In this document: one piece after another, positions 53,668-64,000 of the stretch | Layout: the number at the start of each line of letters is the position of its first letter | How positions within the stretch are numbered: the stretch's first letter is position 1 | DNA from: Octopus sinensis | Lineage: Eukaryota | NCBI RefSeq assembly: GCF_006345805.1 | Contig: NC_042997.1 | Location: 154,752,001 to 154,816,000, forward strand | DNA: 64,000 nt | Reading direction: 5' to 3' | Program-made: the position numbers and the translations under genes | Notes under the pieces: generated by a model | What the model was told of the DNA's origin: nothing | The model's database searches: none | Seen by the model: only the letters and a program-made list of their open reading frames with translations

Positions 53668-54200
53668 GGAGGCGGAGAGCTGGCAGAATCGCTAGCACGC
53701 CGAGCGAAATGCTTAGCAGTATTTCGGCTGCCGCTACGTTCGGAGTTCAGATTCCGCCGAGGTCGACTTTGCCTTTCCTCCTTTCAAGGTCGATTAAATA
53801 AAGTACCAGTTTCGCACTGGGGTCGATGTAATCGACTTAATCCGTCTGTCTGTCCTTTTTTAGCCCCTTGTGGGTAGTAAAGAAATAGAAATAGGTATTT
53901 CGTCTGCCGTTACGTCCCGAGTTCAAATTCCGCCGAGGTCGACTTTGCCTTTCATCCTTTCGGGGTCGATAAATTAAGTACCAGTTTCGCACTGGAGTCG
54001 ATATAATCGACTTAATCCGTTTGTCTCTCCTTGTTTGTCCCCTCTGTGTTTAGCCCCTTGTGGGTAGTAAAGAAATAGGTTGACTTTGCCTTTCATCGTT
54101 TTCGGGGTCGATAAATTAAGTACCAGTTGCGTACTGAGTGCGATCTAATCGACTGACTCCCTCCCCACAATTTTCGGACCTTGTGCCAAGAGTAGAAAAG
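53668..54200 (+). mobile_element. Major SINE trimer (full A + headless A + headless B)
   Basis: Three cores in tandem; flanking duplication aata(c/t)ttgagtcaagaa. Confidence 0.85.
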
Positions 54201-54404
54201 AATATTTGAGTCAAGAAAGAAAGCAATGCTGATTTCGCTATCACCTTGGGTGCTAGATGTTGGCCCCTAGTAGGATTTGAGCTCGAAATACAGAGAGGGA
54301 ATAGATACCGTAAGGAATATGATCTATCGGTCTTTCAGTTCCAAAGATCCACCGCCTTTATTGGTAGTTTTTTATCGACCCTGGATGAAAAGCAAAACTT
54401 AATA

Positions 54405-54859
54405 TCTATAAAGCTGAAATGCGAAAAAGTTGTTTGGTTTCTTGGTGTCTCATTTTGGGATGGGAACGGTTTAAGGGCCAGTCGGATTGGCACCAAAATT
54501 TACAGTGGGGGGGGGTAAATATGGAGTGGGCAATGGTGTGAGGAGGATTGCAAGTCGCTCGGGGCTACCGTTTGGTTGCCATGGTGAGGAATATGGGAAA
54601 AATTGAGTTTTATGGATAGACAGGTTGCGCTGTTTGAATAATGGTGGCTTTTCGTGTTGCTGCAGGGGCTAGAGGGGGTTATCTTTAATTGTGGGTGTGA
54701 AAATTTGGGGGATTTTGGAAAGTGGGGGGGGGTAAAGAAGAGGGCAATAAAAAGAACCAAGCAAAGAAAACGAACAAAAGAAGAAAGGGAAAAGGAGACA
54801 ACACGCACAAAACACCACCACCACCAAAACCCGAGCGAAGCACGGGTCAAAATAGCTAG
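54405..54859 (+). mobile_element. Non-autonomous Helitron, complete
   Basis: A|TCTATA...cccgagcgaagcacggg-tcaaaatag-CTAG|T. Confidence 0.9.
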
Positions 54860-56634
54860 TCTCAGTATAATTTGAATACAATATGTAGGGAGTCGAAACA
54901 AATACTATATAGTATTTTGTCCGACATCCTGGCAACTCTGCTAATGCATAATACTCACTTCACTAATACCGAGCAGAGGAGAAGGCAGAGATTTATTAAG
55001 TGTAAAATATGCCATAAATGCTGCGACTTTGGATTTTGAAAGTTTTGATGTACACAAGATGAAAAGACAGTTATCTGCAGCCAAAAATATCGAAGTCATG
55101 AAACAGGGAAATATTTCAAGGATAGAAAGAAGAACGATAGGATAAATAACTGAGGAGAAAAGAAAAGAATAAAGGACTAACGATTTCAAGATTTGCAGTA
55201 CTCCACTGCTTTTTTCCGTTTTGCTTGTTTTCTTTTTCTTTTTTTCGTTTTTATGCTAGTTTATGCTCTGCCAGTTGTTTTCATTATCGTTACTGTTTAT
55301 TCCAGATCTGTCGTAATTGAGCAAACCTAGGAACAAAGTACCAAACTAAAGAGGCACAGATAACATTCATAGCCCAAATAAATTAAAACAATATAAATAG
55401 GAATATATATTTACCAATTGTTATTCTTAGTCGACTGGTACAATTGCTAATAACACTTAGAACCAGACTTGTTTTATATCAAACTCTGAACTGATGTGCT
55501 ATGATCTCTTAACTGTTCTTTGTTTAATCTACAGTTATCTTTGATCGGGCAGATCTATAATCGAAGATATTTCAGCTGTAAACATCCAATCATTTTTTCA
55601 GACATACATCTTTAGCTCTACTTTATTCTTTTTAAGATACTATAGTGCGATCTGAGGGATATTTGGCTGTTGATTCTAGATGATCGAGCAATGACATAGG
55701 AGCTCTCTAACTGGAATCGTTTACATACAAGGTGAAGAGATGTGGTTTTTTGTGGTTTAACACTTTTCAGTCACTTTTCTGTTTTACTCAGTTGCTATCT
55801 TGGATAAATCATCTTGCAGGCTGCAAAACATGCATTCAAAATCATACATTCTATCTATCCACTAATCGTCAACAAAAATATCTTTTTGATGATCGGTTGC
55901 TAAATACTCAATTCCCTTCAGCAGCTGTACCGAGCTGATAAAGATAAATGCTTGTTAGGCATTTAATTATTTTACATATATAGTTGCTAATAAATAGCAT
56001 TTTACCTTATCTGAAAACTAGACATAATCCAGCTACCCTGCAGAATCCTTTAAATTTTTAATTGATCTCAACAGATCAATTTCTTCTCCAATTCAAATTT
56101 CAATAGAGTATTTTCTACGATACATCTCATTGGTACAGGATAGTTCTTCTCAGTATTATACAAAGTGATGCGGATTTCTCAAATTATTTGCTTATGCATT
56201 GATAAAACGTGTTAAACTCTGCATTTAGCAAGGGTATAAGACGTAAATTATCGACTCAATGCTTTTATCAATGTTACTGTTTCTATGAAACGAAGCTGAG
56301 AATGATACCTGTCTATCAGTCGAAGAACAGGTTGTCTATAAGAGTTAAATAAAACACTTGTATTTCTAATAGATAAATCTAAGACATCGAAACTTAGGTT
56401 TACTTCTCGTTTTCAACTAAAATCATGAGAGAAACCTAGACTACTCACCTAGATCAAAATGAATAAAATCAAACCGTATATGTTCATATTAACTGTAAAA
56501 TAGACGATTTGAGTTTCTACTCTTTACCTCCCGGTCAAAAGTGTTTAGTTCGTGTCTCTTTCATCTTTAACAAGTGTATCTTGGACCATACTTTAAGATA
56601 GGATGTACTGAATGACGGTTGTAAAAATTTCTGC

Positions 56635-56803
56635 AGGTGTTGCTGTGTGGTAAGAAGCTTGTTTTTCAACCACATGGTTACGGATATAGTCCCAAATGCG
56701 TGACACCTTGGGTTTGTGTCCTCTACAATAGTCTCGGGCCAACCAAAGCCTTTTGAGTGGATTTGATAGACGGTAACTGAAAGAAGCCCGTCATATATAT
56801 ATG

Positions 56804-56848
<45 letters not shown>

Positions 56849-57066
56849 GTGTGTGTGTTTGTGTGTTTGTGCGTCTGTGTTTGTCCCCCCACCATCGCTT
56901 GACAACCGATGATGGTATGCTTACGTCCCTGTAACTTATCGGTTCGACAAAAGCCACCGATAGAATAAGTGCTAGGCTTACAAAGAATAAGTCCTGGGGT
57001 CAATTTGTTCGACTAAAGACAATGCTCCAGCATGGCCACAGTCAAATGACTGAAACAAAAAAAAAA
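56635..57066 (+). mobile_element. Microsatellite-containing tRNA-derived SINE
   Basis: Head gctgtgtggtaagaagcttg, internal (TA)/(GT)n, tail catggccacagtcaaatgactgaaac. Confidence 0.85.
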
Positions 57067-59399
57067 CTGAATTTTTTCCTTTCATGAGAGGAAAGAAAAG
57101 AGAAACTAGGGCTAACTGCGACTAGCATAGAAAAAAGGGACATAACTTTTTAAGAAATAAGAATTAATTTCTCTGAATAAACTTGCATGCGTAATGAACA
57201 ATCTGATCGCTTGTCTCTTTTGTTTTTTATTCCTTGAAAGCAAGAGAAATCTTTGAACCTGTTTCCGTCTATTAGACCTCTTCAGTATAGTATAATCTAC
57301 TCAAACTTTCTCTGATCAGTCGGCATACGGGTCAGAATTTAAAGAATATTAACTGAGGAAAATAACACAAATGGCAAAAAGAGGTAAAAAAACATGTTTG
57401 TCTTACTCTACCTCATCAGCTAAGCATAGTCTTTTTCATACATACCAAATTAATGATAAGCGAATCATTACATTGAGGTACAAAATTGTATATCAATATG
57501 CCATCCTTTACTGATGAGGACTAATATGACCAAAGCACACCCGAAATTTTTGCCCGTACTTGCCAAAACCAGATTAAAATAATATTAGTCATTGAGCTAA
57601 TGTTTTCTTCTTACTGTGTAAGTATTGTTAATTAATCAGATGCTTTATCCCTGCTACATTGAATATGATTATCCTAACTTGACTGTATTGGAAGAGAACT
57701 GAAGATACATAACTTAATTATATTTAACACTTTAAGATGATAGTCAAACAGAAAACACAAATATTTAAAACCTTGCTGGGACTGGAGTAATAATTATAAT
57801 GATTCGGGAGAGTGAATCTATTTAAATCTAACTGCTGAAACATTACAAAGATTCCTCAATAATTACAATGTAATCCAAACAGGGTAACAGAGAATCTTTT
57901 ACAATTAAATTTTCTCTCGGGTTTCTTTTCACTATTCCTATTCCCATTCCCATTTTTCTATTTGCCCGTTGACGCAATTAAACATCCCTTTTGTCTCTCA
58001 AGTACTATATCAGGAAAATGTGTGTTAGACTCTTGTCTTTGATCAGAACTTCAATCGTACGATATTTTCAATGAAAAACAGATCGTCTACTGTTGTCATT
58101 ATCGATTTGAAGTTTGTTTATAAAGCGAACTAATCTAACATGCGTTAAGGCTGTATTAATGTGTTAATGAAATTTGGATTGATTTCGAACGATTTCAAGA
58201 ATATACGAAACATACGAATACAAAACAAAACAAAGTATACCTGAAGCATCAACTAAAATCTGTTTACGCCCACATAGTCTGTTGGCTTTTTGTTGTTTTA
58301 CTGCTGCTTTGCGTTGTTATTTATTACTGTGGTTGTTTATTAATTTCGTTCGCTGTGTTTTAATCCATTCAGGGTAAATTCATTTATTGAACGCTATGAA
58401 TAAATCTACTTTTACTTCATATAATACTGAATTATGTAATAAACAGCGCAGAAACAGTTTCATCCAGAGTTCATTTAATATCAAAATGGATAATATTAAT
58501 TAGATCCAGAGAAACAGAAGCTGCCAAACTGGTCATGCTTTTTCACAACCAGACGCTATATTTTTCACGCTTCAGTAGCATTACATGGTGTGTAGTCATC
58601 GATCACAGACTAGTTGTGAGGAGAGAGATTGTGTTCATTTATATTACTCTTGCCCAGTAAGGAAGAAATATGCCGACAGGCGTTTGGACTTCTAAACAGA
58701 AGATGGCTGTATTATATTTCACACCAATCGCCTTTCATCTTACGCCTCAATATTACCAAGGTTAATTTCATTAATACAATTGATACGCGTTAAAGTTCGA
58801 TCGTTGCACTGCAAACCACCAGACTAATCTTCATTTGGTGTAGTACCATCTCGCGCTTTCTATCTCTCTCTTTCCTTCTTTCTCTTTCTCTTCACTTTGC
58901 CTGCTTTCGGGTGAGATGGGAGAATTCGTATTTTAATAACTTGCTATCTTGTTATGGACTTATGACCTTCAATATGAAAGGACGAGATCTTAATTCTTTC
59001 GTTTATTGTGATTTCTTCGCCAAACAAATGTAGTTTGAAAATTTTGAGGTAATACTGATGGATTTACAACGACAAAAACATTTTTATAAATCAATAATCG
59101 AATAATACTCATTTTTATAACACTTGTATGGACCTTTTGTAGATTTTATTCATCATTGTTTTAATTATAATGTTAAAATTGCAAACCCACATATTGTTTT
59201 TTCATCGTAATAAAGTCATAAATGCGTTAGACTTGCGTCGACCATTATATTTATAAATATACTAATAAATTCAAAAGCGCTTGCACCATCTGTCCGTTAA
59301 AATCATATTGATATTTGAAATGATGCAGAAATTAACTTGGGATTCGCAAGTGATTCATCCGGTGAAAAACAATGTGAGTTTGTTTTCCATCTAGCGGGG

Positions 59400-59408
59400 T
59401 TTTGTTGC

Positions 59409-59439
<31 letters not shown>

Positions 59440-59450
59440 GGTGGTGGTGG

Positions 59451-59491
<41 letters not shown>

Positions 59492-59500
59492 ATGATGATA
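59400..59500. repeat. Compound trinucleotide array (GTT)(GGT)(GCT)(GAT)
   Basis: Direct reading. Confidence 0.95.
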
Positions 59501-59867
59501 ATGTTTATTTTCCAGTTAGCCTTGAACGAGCATCAAAATTGAACGATAGTCAAAATTGTTCCTGCCGTGACCATTTTTTGCTTTTGTTTTCTTTCTTTCT
59601 TTGGATATATTATATCTCATATGTTTCTCCCCTTTTAATGCAGTGAGATGTGATTTGAGTGAGATTCGGTTGTTATTTCTAGAAGATTGAACAACCACGT
59701 AAAATTGGACCGTTCGTTGCGTTAAGATGAAGCATATCATATCCCACAAAATCCAGTCATATATATACGATACATCTCTTACTCTGTTTTTGATTCAAAT
59801 GCGGATTACCATTTTAAAAAAGAAGTTATTTACTGTAATCATGTAAATCGTCGCAACGGTGGCTTCA

Positions 59868-60065
59868 AATTTTAGCACAAAGCTAGTAATTTCTTGGGAG
59901 GAAGTGAGTCAATTACATCGACTCCGATGCTACTTATTTTATTGATCCCGGAAGGATGAAAGGTAAAGTTTTCCCCAGTGGAATTTGAACTCAGAACGTA
60001 AAGACGGACGAGATGCCACTATGCATTTCACCCGGCGTGCTAATGATTCTGTCAGCTCGCTACCT
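59868..60065 (-). mobile_element. Major SINE, tail C
   Basis: ggaaggatgaaaggtaaag...gaatttgaactcagaacgtaaagacg...ctgtcagctcgc. Confidence 0.85.
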
Positions 60066-60280
60066 TGAACCGTTGCAATGTTGTTAATGTGATGGTGTAA
60101 TTGATATACTAAAAACACTCCGAAAATTATGCACCATTATACATACGTAATTAATGCATTTGATAAAACCGGTGTAATGACGTATACAACCAATCTAAAT
60201 AACGTAACTCGTATAATAGCAAGTATAATAGCGTTACTATTATAATCAGATAATCTGTATAATGACCTCCACTTACTAAT

Positions 60281-60498
60281 GTTTTTTTTACTGCCCACAT
60301 GGGGCTAAACACAGAGGAGACAAACAAGGACAGACAAAGGGATTAAGTCGATTACATCGACCCCAGTGCGAACTGGTACTTTATTTATCGACACCGAAAG
60401 GGCAAAGTTGACCTCGGCGGAATTTGAACTCAGAACGTAACGACAGACGAAATACCGCTAAGCATTTCGCCCGGCGTGCTAACGTTTCTGCCAGCTCG
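60281..60498 (-). mobile_element. Major SINE, tail A, with perfect 15-bp TSD
   Basis: cctccacttactaat at 60266-60280 and 60499-60513. Confidence 0.92.
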
Positions 60499-60637
60499 CC
60501 TCCACTTACTAATATTACTAATCCATCTACGTCAGTTATAAAGTAAGATAGGATTTAAAATCATAATTCAAATGGAGCAGTAAAATCAATATGGTGATGT
60601 ATGTAATATATTGATATTTCCAAACAATTATAACATT

Positions 60638-60831
60638 ACTCTTTTATTCTTTTTCTTGTTTCAGTCATTTGACTGTGGCCATGCTGGAGCACCGCCAATA
60701 GTCGAGCAAATCAACCCCAGGACTTATTCTTTGTAAGCCTAGTACTTATTCTATCGGTCTCTTTTGCCGAACCGCTAAGTTACAGGGACGTGATTGGGAG
60801 GACAAACACAGACACATAAACACATACACGC

Positions 60832-60876
<45 letters not shown>

Positions 60877-61041
60877 TACGACGGGCTTCTTTCAGTTTCC
60901 GTATACCAAATCCACTCACAAGGCTTTGGTCGGCCCGAGGCTATCGTAGAAGGCATATGTCCAAGGTGCCACGCAGTGGGACTGAACCCGGAACCATGTG
61001 GTTCGTAAGCAAGCTACTTACCACACATCCACTCCTACGCC
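60638..61041 (-). mobile_element. Microsatellite-containing tRNA-derived SINE, full length
   Basis: Reverse-complement head aggagtggatgtgtggtaagtagcttgc...gggttcagtccc; internal (TA)n; tail cagtcaaatgactgaaacaag. Confidence 0.9.
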
Positions 61042-61545
61042 TATTCTATAGAAGGAAAAGACAAAAAGTAGTGGAGTGGCGAAATCAGTATACCTTTGAT
61101 TGTGAGTTCAAACCCCAGCGAGATTGATTTTGCTGTTCATTTTTCAGAGGTCGATAAAATATGTACCAATTAAGTACTAGATTCGATTTAATGAACTGTT
61201 CCCGCCAACAAAATGTCTTGCCACCATCTAGTATTAAGAATCAATATATCGAGTAGTCAATGTTGATATTAACCTATCAAATTGTGCATGTCTTACAATG
61301 ACGTAATCGTTATAGTAACATTAATGAATACGGAGAGATAAATAATAAAATGACCTCAATAATATAGTTACGCTGTCCAATGTATTAACTGAAATAATGC
61401 CATGTATCCGTTATAGGAATATAACAAATAGAAAAAGAATTAGAAATATTCACACGCACGCGCACTACACACATGCAACAACACAAACAGCTAGCGTGTC
61501 TGCAAGTGTGCATGTATGCAAACACAAACTATACGCATACCGAAA

Positions 61546-61958
61546 GCGGCGAGCTGGTAGAAACGTTAACACGCCGGGCGAAATGCTTAGTGGTATTTCG
61601 TCTACGGTTACGTTCTCAGCTTAAATTCCGCCGAGGTCGACTTTGCCTTTCATCCTTTCGGGGTCGATTAAATAAGTAGCAGTCACGCACTGGGTAGATA
61701 TAATCGACTTAATCCGTTTGTCTGTCCTTGTTTGTCCCCTCTGTGTTTAGCCCCTTGTGGGTAGTAAAGAAATAGGTATTTCGTCTGCTGTTACGTTTTG
61801 AGTTCCAATTCCGCCGAGGTCGAGTTTGCCTTTCATCCTTTCGGGGTCGATAAATTAAGTACCAGTTACGCACTGGGGTCGATATAATCGACTTAATCCG
61901 TTTGTCTGTCCTTGTTTGTCCCCTCTGTGTTTAGCCCCTTGTGGGCAATAAAGAAATA
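61546..61958 (+). mobile_element. Major SINE dimer (full A + headless A)
   Basis: Second unit starts at ggtatttcgtctg; flanking acaaactatacg duplication. Confidence 0.88.
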
Positions 61959-64000
61959 ACAAACTATACGTATATTGTCTCAATATACCTACTTTTTTTC
62001 TCCCCCTCTCTCTCTCTCTCTCTCATCCTCCCTCTCTCTCTTCCAAGAAATTTATTCCCCTACACTTTATTCTACTTAAACATACTTTCACTTTTATACA
62101 TATAGGTAAAACAAATTTGCAACATTAGTTCTCTCCCTCCCGCTCTCTTCCCTCCCTCTCTCTCTCTCTCTCTCTCTCTGACTTTCCCTTTCCCTTCCTC
62201 CTCACTCTCTCTCCCCCTCTCTCTCTCTAACCGGTCTACGACAGGCAGGTTGTCAGCAGAATGACGAGGTGTACCCCCTCAGATTCACCTTCCCACATAC
62301 ACCATATTTCCGCCTGACTGAGGCCTATATTACAAATTTCCGGTCAACAAGAGATCTACGTGGTCGGACAACATTCAAGAAATTGCAGTCAAACTTATCT
62401 AACACACTATCTACAAGAAAAAAAATGATTAGTCAAAATGAACTAATCCCAAATGTACGTTAGAAAATATAGCGAGACGATCATGGCTTGAATGTCAGAC
62501 GAACGATTATTTTCCGTCATACAGAAATATTTCCCACCCACGGAATGTAATTTGATTTAATGTTTAGTGTGTTTTCCTGTGATGCTTGTTATTGCAGTGT
62601 CAGTCCTTATCTCGTGTACGATACATATTTCAATTAGATAAAAAAAAAAATTAATGTGCTCTGCATTCTCAAAAAACAAAATATCGTTTCAAACTAATGG
62701 AACTTACTTGATAGATAACAGAAACTGCTCAAATGCGATAAGCGCTCTGTATTTACTATGAAAAATATTTTGATGACGTCTGCATGAAGAAGAAATAATT
62801 TTTTTTTGTGATCATCTCTCTTTAGCTTATCTGGAATTTTCGTCTATTTTGTAAGATAGTAGAATAAGATTTGAAGTGGATTTCAATGCAGATTAGACAG
62901 GTTGAGCGACTGCTTGGAAGCTCAATAAGTGGAGGTTATGATATAATCGGAAAAAATGTTCGACTGATTTCCTGCCTACTATAGATATATTCGATCAGAA
63001 CTGACATGGAGTTGTACAACAAACCAACAACAACGAAAAATAAAAATAACCAGCAATGTAAAGAATACTTCTTGATATTTCACAAACTAATTGATAACGA
63101 AATAACAAACACAGCCAACTTTGATTTATACCTGGAATAGATGTCTTACAGTGTAACTCAAAACAAGAAAATAAGTGATGGTAAAATTCAAAATAGTATT
63201 ATATTAGTGATGATGTTTTTAAGTATATCAGTCAGACAGTTTTGCTTGGTTTTACACATTTTATCCTCGCGACCTTCGTAAACTTAAAGGGCAACTATTC
63301 ATTAATTTACAAACCCAAATGCTTGATATAACTCACACATATTTTAACTCTTACAGTTAAAAAATAACTTTTAGCACGCTTCATAAACGAAATAAAAAGT
63401 GAAAATATAAATAAAATACTGGAACTTAGGCACGGTCAGTAGCCATGAATATTTGAATTACCCTCTGTGAATAGGATGTTAGCCTGTCGTATAATTTTCA
63501 AATAAATATCCAAGAACTATTGTTGTTGTTGTTACGGTAGTTAAGCTGCAGATCATCCTTGGTCGAACAGACTTATCATCAAAAGCATTCCAGCCGTGAC
63601 ATTTCATATTTTTGTACATAAGGAACTCCATTGATAACTGTACCATTTAAGGCAGTTAAGTATGATTTGAGGGAGATTTTACTGATTTTCTGAACAAGAC
63701 GAATGACTACGAAGAGATTTTCTTGAGTCTATTCCCCTATTGTTTTTGTCAGTAAGTTATACTAACTAGTAGAAAATTAGTCAGTTGGTGCTAGTTTATT
63801 TGTCAGGCTCTGCCAATGAAGATATACCCATTGATATTCAACTTGGCCCACAAGCTCCGGCATAATGCTCCGGTAAACTAATTCAGCGAATAATAATTAC
63901 TTTAAATAGATTAAGTCGAATGTTTGTTTTCGATTACGATTGCAATGTGCGGTGACATTTAACTCAAAACGTTGAGTCAGAAGAAATGCTGCTTAGCAGT

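Noticed and set aside
62230-62463. ORF after a polypyrimidine tract (possible acceptor)
   Set aside because: The CT tract is a microsatellite; the peptide is unrecognisable

Overview
This is an AT-rich eukaryotic window dense in microsatellites and transposons. It is most likely intergenic or deep-intronic DNA of an octopus, inferred from my recall of the SINE families plus the (TA)n/(GATA)n/(TACA)n/(ATT)n load. No host protein-coding gene could be supported, and most listed ORFs are microsatellite translation artefacts. Recognisable content is decayed mobile DNA: several tRNA-derived SINE families, RTE-clade LINE ends (two with 5' inversions), R4/Dong-like RLE-LINE pieces, a Penelope GIY-YIG fragment, six Helitrons plus a loose RepHel fragment, a Tc1 relic and two foldback/MITE elements. 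The most interesting signals are a near-intact type I hammerhead ribozyme (30041-30106), a SINE head that swaps 3' tails (one tail matches a LINE-like 3' end in the same window), TSD-bounded SINE multimers, an RTE C-terminus with three C2H2 fingers, and a 56-nt hairpin. All calls were made by eye, and coordinates of degenerate elements are approximate.
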